Under the pieces are notes generated by a model. It was not told the DNA's origin and did not search any database. It worked only from the letters and a program-made list of their open reading frames with translations. From Mustelus asterias (lineage: Eukaryota), in contig NW_027590479.1 of NCBI RefSeq assembly GCF_964213995.1, forward strand, positions 186,001 through 250,000: a stretch of DNA of 64,000 nt, given 5' to 3'. Below are positions 12,336 to 24,160 of this stretch, piece by piece; positions within the stretch are counted from its first letter, which is position 1, and each line of letters begins with the position of its first letter. The position numbers and the translations under genes were made by a program.

Positions 12336-12649
12336 AAAACAAAAAGGTAAAAGTTATGGTCAATTGAGCCAGGATTGTATTCTGGGACCTTCCTGTCCAG
12401 AAGTCCAGAAGTAACATCAGCTGAGATTGTAACTTAGCAGCAGAAACCCATCTTCTGTTCTATTCCCCCAATTCCCACAAAATAGTTTTTAGATTTGGGT
12501 GAGTTTGTATAAAATTGACAGCGGTGGAGATTCAAGACACTTAACAAGTGAATAAAGGCAAAAGATTCCACAGATTCTGCACAAACAAAATAAACTTTAC
12601 TATACACAATGATAAAGGGAAAACAAGTTACAATATGTGGAAGGTAAAA

Positions 12650-13075
12650 CATTCAAGGACTTTAGAGAGGAAAGGGAGATGGGATGGTAGTTTACAAGGG
12701 CATGTGTCAAAGATATTTTATTGAGAAGTGGGTGATGATATCGGATTTGAAGGAGAGGAAGATATTGGCAATATCAGCTGATATGGAGAAGTTGTGCTGT
12801 CAGTAGGACAGTGGGAATAGGATTGAGGGATCAAGAGATGGGTCTCATGGGCAAGATGAGCTCTAAGAGGACATGAGGGGAGGCAGGAGAGAAACTGCAG
12901 AAAGATGAGAGTTCAGAGCTCAGACAAAGGGGAGCGTTAGAGGAGGTTTGTTCCAGTGGGTTAGGGGAAGGAGGGAAGCAGGAGAGGCAGCTGATTGGAT
13001 TGTCTCAAACTTAGTGACAAAGAAGATTGTGAGTTTTATTCCCAATGAGCACTTGCGGGGAAGTGAAGCTGGATG
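12650..13075 (-). mobile_element. Ancient L2-like LINE fragment
   Basis: Degenerate; homologous pieces lie 3' of several ZNF genes (19255-19440, 42260-42340, 47050-47760, 61320-61700). Confidence 0.55.
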
Positions 13076-13286
13076 AGGGACAAAGGGAGAGCAACTCAAA
13101 AGGAATTCAGTTGTGCTGATGATATTAAAAAGATTCACAGTACTGAACACAAAGATAATTTATTTGACTTTTATTCAGAATATTAAACCGTATAACTGGC
13201 TGGAGTTCATTAACATCAACAAAAACAAACGCAATGAACATATTACAGTCCTGGATAGGATTAGCAGCAGATTCCAATCACTGTGG

Positions 13287-14492
13287 TTACTCGTGAATTC
13301 TTTGGTGTCTAAGCAGGTAGGATGACCGAGTGAATCTCTTCCCACTCTCAGAGCAGCTGAATGGCCTCTCCCCAGTGTGAGCTCGCTTGTGTCTCAGCAG
13401 GGTGGAGGACTGAATGAATCCCTTCCCACATTCAGAGCAGGTGAATGGCTTTTCCCCAGTGTGGGTGCGCTGGTGTAGAATGAGATCATATGATCGCCTG
13501 AACCCAGTCCCACAGTGAGAGCACCTGAACGGTCTCTCATCAGTGTGAACACGTTGATGGGAAGTCAGTTCACCAGAACTTTTATAGCACTTCTCACAGT
13601 CAGAGCATTTAAAAGGTCTCTCCCCGGTGTGAACTCGCTGGTGTGTCAATAGGTGGGATGACCGAGTGAATCCCTTCCCACAGTAGGAGCAGGTGAATGG
13701 CCTCTCCCCAGTGTGAACTCGCTGGTGTTGCAGCAGGCGGGATGACCGAGTGAATCCCTTTCCACACTCGGAGCAGGTGAATGGCCTTTCCCCAGTGTGG
13801 ATGCGCTGGTGTGGAATGAGGTCATATGATCGCTTGAACCCAGCCCCGCAGTGAGAGCACCTGAATGGTCTCTCATCAGTGTGAACACGTTGATGGGACA
13901 TCAGTTCATCAGAACTTTTATAGCACTTCTCACAGTCAGAGCATTTAAAAGGTCTCTCCCCAGTGTGAACTCGCTGGTGTGTCAATAGTTGGGATGACCG
14001 AGTGAATCCCTTTCCACACGCGGAGCAGGTGAATGGTCTCTCCCCAGTGTGAACTCGCTGGTGTACAGTGAGGTTATGTGAATGCTGGAACCCAATCCCA
14101 CAGTGGGAGCACCTGAATGGTCTCTCATCAGTGTGAACACGTTGATGGGACATCAGTTCCCAAGAACTTTTGAAGCACTTCCCACAGTCTGAGCATTGGA
14201 AAGGTCTCTCATCAGTGTGAACTCGCTGATGAGTAAGTAGGTGGGATGACTGAGTGAATCCCTTCCCACACTCAGGGCAGGTGAACGGCCTCTCCCCAGT
14301 GTGACTGCGCCGATGAGTTTCCAGCTGGGATGGGGAATTAAATTCCTTCCCACAGTCCACACATTTCCACAGTTTTTCCATGGAGTGACTGCACTTACGT
14401 TTTGACAGGCCAGAGGATCGGCTGAAGCCTCGTCCACACACAGAACCCGTGTACGGATTCTCCCCACTGTGAATAGTGCTTTTTCCTTCCAT
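13287..14492 (-). CDS. C2H2 zinc-finger protein, 12 canonical plus 2 degenerate fingers (type A, MEGKST start)
   Basis: Open ORF from ATG at 14492 with TGERPF linkers. No N-terminal effector domain in the exon. Confidence 0.9.
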   Translation of the reverse strand: MEGKSTIHSGENPYTGSVCGRGFSRSSGLSKRKCSHSMEKLWKCVDCGKEFNSPSQLETHRRSHTGERPFTCPECGKGFTQSSHLLTHQRVHTDERPFQCSDCGKCFKSSWELMSHQRVHTDERPFRCSHCGIGFQHSHNLTVHQRVHTGERPFTCSACGKGFTRSSQLLTHQRVHTGERPFKCSDCEKCYKSSDELMSHQRVHTDERPFRCSHCGAGFKRSYDLIPHQRIHTGERPFTCSECGKGFTRSSRLLQHQRVHTGERPFTCSYCGKGFTRSSHLLTHQRVHTGERPFKCSDCEKCYKSSGELTSHQRVHTDERPFRCSHCGTGFRRSYDLILHQRTHTGEKPFTCSECGKGFIQSSTLLRHKRAHTGERPFSCSESGKRFTRSSYLLRHQRIHE

Positions 14493-14844
14493 GTTCAAAA
14501 TCCACTGATATTCAGTTATGATAAATTAGACGACTCTGGCAGTTCCTGATATGATGTTTACTTTCAGTTTCCTGACTGCAAATCGTCCCCTTCTAGTCCC
14601 TTTGAAGCTGATTCAAAACACAAAAAAGGGGATTGAGAGAAAACCCATAGAGACAGGTGATGAATAGAGTCCAGACCGAAGCAACAATAAAAATAAAACA
14701 CGCAGGAGGCCAGGAACTGAGGATCATCAAGATATTCAGCAGACTGGGCAGCCTGTGAGAGTTACAAACATTATTGAGGACTCAGGTTGCTGACTTGCCC
14801 TCAGTCTATAATGAAACATCTGGAGTCAGGCACTGACTAATGGC

Positions 14845-14870
14845 AGTCACATTTCCCACAATGCTCTGCG
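14845..14870 (+). promoter_or_regulatory. ZNF143/Staf-like site
   Basis: AGTCACATTTCCCACAATGCTCTGCG; conserved in the paralog at 49045-49070. Confidence 0.45.
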
Positions 14871-14916
14871 CCCCAGAAACCCCTCTATTCAAAAGTTGCT
14901 CACCGTAATTCACTAA

Positions 14917-15590
14917 TCATAGAATCCTGACAGTGCAGGAAGAGGCCATTTTACCCATTGAGTCTGTACTGACTCTGAGAGCATCTTTCCCAGGCTCACC
15001 TCCTATCCCAGTAACCCCACGCACTGACCCTGCGAATCCCCATCCTGACCTTTTTCTTCTGTGTGGCTACCAAATAAACCTGTTGGACTTTAACCTGGTG
15101 TTGTTAAACTTCTTACTGTGTTTACCCCAGTCCAACGCCGGCATCTCCACATCAGTGAGAGGAAACCAGAGCACCCAGAGGAAATGCACACAGACTGGGG
15201 GAGATTGTGCAAACTCCACACCTGAGGTGGAGATGTTGGACTGGGGTGGGCACAGTAAGAAGTCTCACAACACCAGGTTATTTGGAACTACGAGCTTTTG
15301 GAGAGCTGATGAAGGAGCAGCTTTGACAAACGGTCATCTGGACTCAAAATGTCAGTTCTTTTCTCTCCTTACAGATGCTGCCAGACCTGCTGAGGTTTTC
15401 CAGCATTTTCTCTTTTGGTTTCAGATTCCAGAATCCGCAGTAATTTGCATTGATTCCAAATAACTTAGTGGACTTTAACCTGATATTGTGAGACTTCTTA
15501 CTGTGCAAACTCCACACTGACAGTCACACACCCACGGCTGGAGTCGAACCCTGGCGCTGTGAGGCAGCAGTGCGAACCACTGTGCCACAG
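14917..15590 (-). mobile_element. V-SINE interrupted by Penelope-like terminal fragments
   Basis: SINE pieces at 14917-15040, 15155-15220 and 15503-15590; PLE pieces at 15060-15152 and 15225-15500. Confidence 0.75.
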
Positions 15591-16413
15591 TGAAGGGAGT
15601 TTGCCGCAAATTTCGGGTGATAACAATGGGCTGGATGTTGCTCAGAATGTGGAGCACTGCAGCAAAGTACAGAGAGACAGAGACAGAGCAGCAAACTGGA
15701 CTGAGAAATGGAGTCTGCAGACTGGAACTGGCAGCATGAGGAGAGGTTATTTAGTCTAACACTCACAGCAATCTACAACCCACCCCCATTACCGAGACAG
15801 TGAGACACAGATCACAAACACTCACCAACACAGCTCCAGTGAAACGTCCCAGGAAAAAGGGGGAATCTGTGGCTGTTCCTGTCCTGAAATAGCCCCAGGA
15901 CTGTCACTCAACCCCCAACCCGGCCCAGTTCACAGCTCAGCCTCTCAGCTTGCAGCTTCCTGCACCTTGAGCCAACCTTGCCCAGGTGTGGGAGGGATGT
16001 GGAACCAGAGTGGGGGGAGGGGTGACCTCCTGCTGTGCCCCAAATAGTTTCTCCTTCCCCTCCCCCTTGGCGCTCTCAGCTCTCAATGTGGATGGGTTGC
16101 TGGACTTTGCAGAGCCTCACTGAGCTGCGCTTGTCCCTTATCCTGCGTCACCCCTTCCTCCTGGGTTCAGTGTGTTCAGTTCGCTGCTTCGTTCCCTGCT
16201 GAACCTTCAGTTAATCAAAAACAGGAAGTGCTGGAAAACCTCAGCAGGTCTGGCAGCATCTGTGATCATCCAGACGGGAAGTATTAACTCTATTCTCTCT
16301 CCACAGATGCTGAGATTTCCAGCATTTTCTGTTTCTGTTTCAGATTCCAGCACCCGCAGTATTTTCAGCACTCTGCATCCAGGGCAGGAAGCAGTGAGCA
16401 TGGATCTGTCAAT

Positions 16414-16951
16414 CACACATGAGGACGGCCTCAACCGGGATCTTGGGTTCATGTCACACTATCTATAACCCCCCACAACTTGCCTGGGCTTGCAAAATCT
16501 CACTAACTGTCCTTCATCTGATGAAGGAGCAGCGCTCCGAAAGCTAGTGGCATTTGCTACCAAATAAACCTGTTGGACTTTAACCTGGTGTTGTTAGACT
16601 CCTTACTGTGTTTACCCCAGTCCAACGCCTGCATCTCCACATGCAGACAATACACACCTCTTTAATCTGTGCTTAATCCTCTCTCCACTCACATTGTCTG
16701 TACCTTTAAGACTTGATTACCTGTAAAGACTCACATTCCAACCATTATCTTGTAAATTGAGTTTGTGTCTTTATATGCCCTGTTTGGGATCACGACTCCC
16801 ACTCACCTGATGAAGGGGCTGCGCTCCAAAAGCTTGTGGCTTGTGCTACCAAATAAACCTCCTGCTGTGGTTTATTTGGTAGCTGGACTTTAACGTGGTG
16901 TTGTGAGACTTCCTACTGTGCTTACCCCAGTCCAACGCCGGCATCTCCACA
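16414..16951 (+). mobile_element. Penelope-like element 3' ends (two tandem partial pLTRs)
   Basis: GIY-YIG C-terminus THEDGLNRDLGFMSHYL*, hammerhead motifs, terminus CCAACGCCGGCATCTCCAC. Confidence 0.85.
16515..16549 (+). ncRNA. Minimal type I hammerhead ribozyme
   Basis: CAT-CTGATGA-A-GGAGC(AGC)GCTCC-GAA-AGCT-A^GTG: core boxes, stem II, palindromic loop 3, stem I. Confidence 0.8.
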
Positions 16952-17379
16952 CTCTGAGTGGAAACAGAGAGAAGTAGGAGAGGCCGGAGGTGAGGAGAGA
17001 TTTTATACATCTACAACTCAACAGGAACTTTGACAGAATTTCCAAACCCTGTGAACACCATCAGCTCCAAGTTCCTCTCCAACCCACACACCATCCTGAC
17101 TTGTCTGACATCCAGTACTGAAAGATCAGAAATTTATTTCATATAAATTCTGGGAAGACTGAACCCATTGTGTTCAGTCCCCACTACAAACTCCACTCCC
17201 TCGCCAACAACTTTATCTCTCCTCCTGGCAACTGTCTGAGGCTGAACCAGGCTGTTCACAACCAGGGTGAAATAGTTCATCTCAAGATGAGCTTCCAGCC
17301 ACATGTCCACATCATCATCAGAGACCACCGTCATTCATAGAAGCATTAATAGTAATTAATTAACAATAATGAATAATAA

Positions 17380-17672
17380 AATACAGTGTAGAAGGAGGCC
17401 ATTCAGCCCATCGAGCCTGCACTGACAACAATCCCATCCAGGCCCTATCCACATATTTACCTGTTAATTCCCCGATACCAAGTGGCAATTTATCACGGCC
17501 AATCCGTCTAACCGGCACATCTTTGGACTGTGGAAGGAAACCGGAACACCCGGAGGAAACCCACACAGACACGGGGAGAATGTAGAAACTCTGCACAGAC
17601 AGTGACCCGAGGCTGGAATTGAACCCGGGTCCCTGGCGCTGTTAGGCAGCTGCACTAACCACTGTGCCACCG
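17380..17672 (-). mobile_element. HE1-type V-SINE inserted in an L2 relic (17090-17335)
   Basis: V-SINE core on the minus strand. Confidence 0.85.
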
Positions 17673-17729
17673 GGCCACATGTCAGTGTCATCACCCGACT
17701 CCAGCCCAGTCTCAGCTCATCTGGAACCC

Positions 17730-17808
17730 TCACCCATTCCATTGTGACGTCACACTCTCACCCATTCCATTGTGACGTCACACTGTCACCCATTCCATTG
17801 TGACGTCA
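17730..17808. repeat. 28-bp tandem repeat, 3 copies, each with a perfect CRE (TGACGTCA)
   Basis: TGACGTCA at 17745, 17773 and 17801. Confidence 0.9.
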
Positions 17809-17849
17809 GGGCTTCACTCTCCGATCACAATCCCTGCCGGCCTCCCACA

Positions 17850-18300
17850 TGCAGCCTCAATGGCGGCAGTCAGCCCGGGTCTAACACTACAAGCTGCCGC
17901 TCCATTTGGTACAAAGGGGGGGGACCGGGAAGTTCATTTCCGGGGTTTGGGTTTGGGTTTGAACAACATGTTTACAAAGCCTCTCCACCCACCCGCCACA
18001 TTTATCATTCCCCGCGCGCCGCCCTCTACCTCGTATTGATCTCGCTTCCAAGTTAAAACCATCCGTCTGTCCGTCGCCATTACCCGCACTGCGCATGCTT
18101 CAGGTCCCGCCCCTCATTCACTCTGATTGGTCGGAGGACCAGCCGCTCCCGCTCAGTCCTCCAGCCCCGCCCCCTCTTCCTATTGGTCCGGAGCTGCCGT
18201 CAATCAGTGCCGGGCATTGTGATGTGGAGCATGCGCAGTGTCATTGCTGTCCTTGGCGGTTGTTTGTCCCGGAGAAGCGGAGTCAGCGTTAGGCGGTGGC
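17850..18300. promoter_or_regulatory. CpG-island bidirectional promoter module, copy 1
   Basis: NRF1-like TGCGCATGC, GC boxes, two CCAAT boxes, YY1-like ATGGCGGC. 18060-18658 is an inverted paralog of 38843-39430. Confidence 0.75.
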
Positions 18301-18659
18301 TGGGAGGATTTGGAAACACTTTGTGGATCCGCAAACCCTTCAGAATCATTGTCAGCTCCCTGGTTTGCAGCTGCGGGGCTTCTCCCTCCCTCCCTCCCGG
18401 GAACAGGCCCAGGTTAACGGCCCCATCCTGGCTCAGCCACTGGAGGATGGTTCACATCAGAGGATGGGGGAGGGGGACAATAAATAAGAGGTTACACTTT
18501 GGCCTCAAATCAATGAGGACTCTGATCTCTGGGAAGGAAGGAAACCCTGGGAGGTGGGCAGGGAGGATTCACAAACACCCGCTGGAGGCCCCAACACCCC
18601 CAATAAGACCCATTGGTTTTATTGTCAGTCTGCAGACAGGAGCTGGAGAACTGAATCCA

Positions 18660-19160
18660 TGATGTGGAGATGCCGGCGTTGACTGGGGTAAAGACAGTAA
18701 GAAGTTTAACAACACCAGGTTAAAGTCCAACAGGTTTATTTGGTCGCAAATGCCACTAGCTTTTGGAGCGCTGCCCCTTCGTCAGGTGGAGTGGAGAAAT
18801 GCTCACTAATAGGGTATACAGAGACACAAACTCAATTTACAGAATAATGATTGGAATGCAGTCTTTACAGATATTCAAGTCTTAAAGGTACAAACAATGT
18901 GAATGGAGGGAGCATTAAGCACACGTTAAAGAGATGTGTATTGTCTCCAGACAGGACAGCCAGTGAGATTCTGCAAGTCCAGACAAGCTGTTCGGGTCAA
19001 TGCGTCTAACCAGCACGTCTTTCAGAATGTGGGAGGAAACCGGAGCACCTGGAGGAAACCCACGCAGACACGGGGAGAATGTGCAAACTCCACACAGACA
19101 GTGACCCAAGCCGGCAATCAAATCTGGGTCCCTGGCGCTGTGAAGCAGCAGTGCTAACCA
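18660..19160 (-). mobile_element. Penelope-like terminus (18660-18985) joined to a V-SINE 5' part
   Basis: PLE terminal sequence with a mutated hammerhead (CTGACGA..AAAAGCT); SINE head at 18990-19160. Confidence 0.8.
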
Positions 19161-19627
19161 CTGTGCTACCGTGCCTCCCAAAACATTAAATCTGTTTCTC
19201 TCGCCAGAGGTGCTGTCAGACCCGCGTGTTTTTACAGCACTTCCTGTTTGTATTTATGAGTTCAAGAGTCAGGCCAGAAGGAAATTTAAAGACAGTTTGG
19301 CCCGGTGGGCGAATGGAAGAGAGGGAAGGAGCAGAGACAGCTGATCAGATTGTCTCAATCTTGGTGACAAAGAAGCTCCATGAGCTCCTCACACTTGTTG
19401 GAGGTGAGGATGGAGGAGACGGGAGAGGGGGAAGCCCTTCAAATGGAACTAACATGTTTGAGGTATTAAAAGCATTCATCACACTGTGTTGAACATAAAG
19501 CTTGTGTATTTGAGTTCCACCCAAAATATAAACCTTCCAGCTGGGCTAGGATTTATCAGCAGAAACAGACACCAATGAAAATAGTCAGGACCTTGATGTG
19601 ATTAAGAGCAAAATCCAGTCCTTGCAG

Positions 19628-22022
19628 TCACTCGTGAACACGCTGGTGTTTCAGCAAGTGAGGTGACTGAGTGAATCCCTTCCCACACACGGAGCAGGTG
19701 AATGGCCTGTCCCCAGTGTGAATTCGCTGGTGCTTTACCAGGTTGGATGATTGACTGAATCTCTTACCACAATCAGAGCAGGTGAATGGTCTCTCCCCGG
19801 TGTGAACTCGCTGGTGTCTCTGCAGGGTGGATGAATCAATAAATCCCTTCCCACAACTGGAGCAAGTGAATGGCCTCTCCCCAGTGTGAACTCGCTGGTG
19901 TTTCAACAAGATGAATGACTGACTGAAGCCCTTCCCACACTCAGAGCAGGTGAACGGCTTCTCTCCGGTGTGACCTCGCTGGTGTTTTAGGAGGTTGAAT
20001 GACTGGGTAAATCCCTTTCCACATTCGGAGCAGATAAATGGCCTCTCCCCATTATGAATTCTCTGGTGTTTCAGCAGGTCGGATGAATCAGTGAATCCCT
20101 TTCCACACTCAGAGCAGGTGAACGGGCTCTCTCCAGTGTGAACTCGCTGGTGTTTCAGCAGGATAGAAGAGGTAGGGAATCCCTTCCCACAATCAGAGCA
20201 TCTGAATGGTCTCTCTCTAGTGTGAACTCTCTGGTGTGTCAGCAGGATTGATGAGGTAGCGAATCCCTTCCCACACTCATGACAGTTGAATGGCCTCTCC
20301 CCAGTGTGAACCCACCAGTGTTTCAGCAGATGCGATGAACAAATGAATCCCATCCCACACTTGGAGCAGGTGAACGGTCTCTCCCCAGTGTGAACTCGCC
20401 GGTGTGTCAGCAAGATGGATGAGGTAGTGAATCCCTTCCCACACTCAGAGCAGGTGAATGGTCTCAAGAACAAAGAACAATACAGCACAGGAACAGGCCC
20501 TTCGGCCCTCCAAGCCCGCGCCGCTCCCCGGTCCAGGATTGAATCCTGAATCCAGGATCCCCGCCCAATTTTCCAGCCTATCTACATACCAATATCCTGT
20601 CCACCGAGCTGTCCCTCACAGCTACGATGCTTTGTTCATCACAACCTATTAACTCACCCCCACCCCCCCATTCCAGACCATGTGATCTCCAGGGAGAGGC
20701 GAAAACCCAGAGTGAAAACCCCAGGGCCAATATGGGGAAAAAGAATCTGGGAAATTCCTCTCCGACCCCCTGAAGCGATCGAAACGAGTCCAGGAGATCA
20801 CAATGGCCCTGATCGGAAAATGCTTCCCAACCCTAGTCATTTCCACTTCCACAAACACCATATGAATTCCCTGCCCCCGAGACAGGTTCCCAACTATCCG
20901 CAGTCTCGCTCTGTACTGGCACCAGCAAGATGATCATAGAATGAAGCCTTGAAACGAGAAACAAGGAACAATTAGCCCGCGCCGCTCCCTGGTCCAAACT
21001 AGACCACTCTTTTGTATCCCTCCATTCCCACTCCGTTCATATAGCTGTCTAGATAAGTCTTAAATGTTCCCAGTGTGTCCGCCTTCACCACCTTGCCCGG
21101 CAACACATTCCAGGCCCCCACGACCCTCTGTGTGAAATATGTCCTTCTGATATCTGTGTTAAACCTCCCCCCCTTCACCTTGAACCTATGACCCCTCGTG
21201 AACGTCACCACCGACCCGGGGAAAAGCTTCCCACCGTTCACCCTATCTATGCCTTTCATAATTTTATACACCTCTATTAAGTCTCCCCTCATCCTCCGTC
21301 TTTCCAAGGAGAACAACCCCAGTTTCCCCAATCTCTCCTCATAACCAAGCCCCTCCATACCAGGCAACATCCTGGTAAACCTCCTCTGTACTCTCTCCAA
21401 AGCCTCCACGTCCTTCTGGTAGTGTGGCGACCAGAACTGGACGCAGTATTCCAAATGCGGCCGAACCAACGTTCTATACATCTGCAACATCAGACCCCAA
21501 CTCTTATACTCTATGCCCCCTCCTATAAAGGCAAGCATGCCATATGCCTTCTTCACCACCTTCTCCACCTGTGACGTCACCTTCAAAGATCTGTGGACTT
21601 GCACACCCAGGTCCCTCTGCGACTCTACACCCTTTATGGTTCTTCCATTTATCGTGTAGCTCCTCCCTACATTATTCCCACCAAAATGCATCACTTCTCA
21701 TTTATCAGGATTGAACTCCATCTGCCATTTCCTTGCCCAAATTTCCAGCCTATCTATATCCTTCTGTAGCCTCTGACAATGTTCCTCACTATCTGCAAGT
21801 CCTGCCAGTTTTGTGTCGTCTCTCTCCAGTGTGATTGTGTCGATGAGTTTTCAGTTCAGATGGGAATCTGAATCTCTTCCCACAGTCTCCACATTTCCAT
21901 TGTTTCTCCCTGTTGTGACTGCATTTATGTTTCAACAGGCCAGATGATCGGCTGAATGTTCGTCCACACACAGAACACGTGTACAGTTTCTCTCCACTGT
22001 TAACCGTGCTTTCCCCTTCCAT
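19628..22022 (-). pseudogene. 12-finger C2H2 ZNF gene split by a CR1 insertion
   Basis: 5' part 22022-21818 and 3' part 20465-19628 rejoin in frame (HTGERPF) when 20466-21817 and one GTCTC copy are removed. Confidence 0.9.
20466..21817 (-). mobile_element. Young 5'-truncated CR1 with an unusually long 3' UTR
   Basis: Open ORF2 C-terminus ending at 20999; tail TTGTTCTTTGTTCTT; GTCTC target duplication at 20461-20465 and 21818-21822. Confidence 0.92.
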
Positions 22023-22779
22023 GTTCAAAACCCAATGATATTCAGATTACACTAATTTAGGCGATAGCGTCGGATCCTGATGCGATGTTTGGTTTGAGTT
22101 TTCTCCCTTCCACTCCTGCGCTTCTAATATCCTGTAAGAAAAAGTCCAAAGTTAAAAATTGAAGCAAACTTGGTTTGAGTTTACTGTGTGTAAATCCTCC
22201 CCTTCTCACCCTCTGGAAAAGGAGACTCCAAAATCTATCAATGTCAGTCCAGGATAGAAATTCACATTTTCTCACAGGGACAGTGATAACCGTGCCTGTG
22301 TCCTGCTCCCGAGAAAGATGACATCCATTAACCTACGTCTATCAGTGTTTCTCCTTCACTATTTCATGTGATGTGGTTTTATTGCCAAGACCAGCATTTA
22401 TTTCCTGCCCCTGAGGAGGGCAGTTAGAGACTGAATCGCATGTTGACAAGTCTATGGAGAGACAGCAGATTCCCATGAATAAACAGGATGGGTTTTTAAA
22501 ATTGTTCACAGCTGTAATGGTTACTCAAGTGAAATTATATTCCAGATTTTCCAGCGTTTTGTGAATTCTATTTAAACCCCCCCCAGCCCCATGATGGGAC
22601 TTGAACCCATCCCCAGAACATGAGGCTGTGTCACTGATATTACCACCACCTCCCCGATTTTAGAGCTGCTGCAATTACCCCCCGGGTCGGTGCAAACTTG
22701 GGCCCGGGGGTTCCTTATTCTGGGTTTTGAGGCCTCCTCCACTAACTGTTTCTGAAGCCTCTGCACCCACTTCCCCGCC

Positions 22780-22930
22780 TCCCTGCAGCTCCAGCACCCA
22801 CACTGCGCATGGGCCAGTCCGAATCCGCACAGCGCATGCTCCACGCGGAATCAGGTACTGCGCCTGCGCAGGCGGCTGCTATTGTGACAATACGGCACAT
22901 TCTCTCTCGCTGCGAATGCTGGGTAAGAGC
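22780..22930. promoter_or_regulatory. GC-rich promoter with NRF1-like sites
   Basis: TGCGCATG, GCGCATGCT, TGCGCCTGCGCA; paralogous to 31300-31410 including GAATGCTGGGTAAG. Confidence 0.6.
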
Positions 22931-23364
22931 ACCGCCATAGGAAGGAGATAATGTTCAACACAAAATTGTGCTTTGTCATCCAATTACGATCAGAACTACA
23001 GGGTTAATATATAAAATTATTCAACCAATTGATACATCTACCAATGTGCGTGGTGGAATTGTTACTGGATGAGCATTCCAGAGACCCAGGGTCCTTTTAG
23101 AGTCTTCCCCACTCTGTCGTAGGTTGCAGCACAATATAGTTGGGTTGGTCACATGGGCAGAACAGTGGTCGACTTCAAAATATATCACCATTCCGTCACA
23201 GTCGCTGGGACAAAATCCTGGAATTCCCTCCCTAACCACATTGTAGGTAAACCCACAGCACACGAGCTGCAGTGATTCAAGAAGGTAGCTCACCACCACC
23301 TTCTTAAGGGCAACTCGGGATGGCCAACTAGCGACGCCCATGTCCCACAAATGAATAAAAAAAA

Positions 23365-24160
23365 TATGGTATTTAATCTTGATAAGTGCGAAGTGATGCA
23401 CTTTGGAAGAAGTAACAAGACAAAGAAATAATTAATGAATGGAAGGACACGAGGTAAAATCAGAGGAGCAGATGGGGATCTTGGGGTACTTATTCACTTA
23501 AGGTAACAGAGCAGCTGAATAGAATAGATAAGAAGGCATATGAGACACTTGCTTTTATCAGTCGTGGCATACAGTATAAGAACAAAGAGATAATGTTGGA
23601 GCTGTACAGAATGTTGGTTAGGTCACAGCTGGAGTACTGTGTGCAGTTCGAGTCACCTCACTCCAGGAAGGATGTGATTGCACTGGAGGGGGTACAGAGG
23701 AGATTCACCAGGATGTTGCCTGGGATGGAACATTTGAGCTATAAGGAGACTGGATAGGTTTGGAGTGTTTACTTCAGAGCAGAGAAGGCTGAGGGGGACA
23801 TGATTGTGGTGTATAAGATTATGAAGGATATGGATCGGGTGAGTAGAACCCTTGGTTGAGGGGGTCAATCATGAGGGGACATAGTTTTAGGGTGCCTGGC
23901 AAGAGATTCAGAGGGAAGTTGAGAAAAAAAAAATCAGAGGGTGGTGGGAATCTGGAATAAACTGCCTGGGAAGGTAGTGGAGGCTGGAAACTTAACAACC
24001 TTTAAAAAGTATTTGGATGAGCACTTGAAATATTATAGCATTCAGATAAGGATATGGGACAAGTGCTGGAAAATGGGATTAGCATGGGGTTTAGTGGTAG
24101 CTATTGTTGGTGCAGACTCTATGGGTCGAAGGGTGTTTTCTGCACTGTATGACTATGACT
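23365..24160 (+). mobile_element. Degenerate CR1 3' fragment
   Basis: KCEVMHFG, LEYCVQF, VQRRFTRMLPG relics; TATGAC tail. Confidence 0.85.

Larger units (their letters stand above)
12330..15640. repeat. Segmental duplication, direct paralog of about 46260-50650
   Basis: Collinear similarity across the flank, L2 relic, ZNF exon, upstream region and SINE/PLE relics. Confidence 0.88.

Noticed and set aside
13646-14467. Alternative-frame and antisense ORFs over ZNF exons
   Set aside because: By-products of the 84-bp finger periodicity.
18183-18662. 159-aa ORF shared with 39011-39412
   Set aside because: GC-rich duplicated promoter sequence with no domain; similarity reflects recent DNA duplication.
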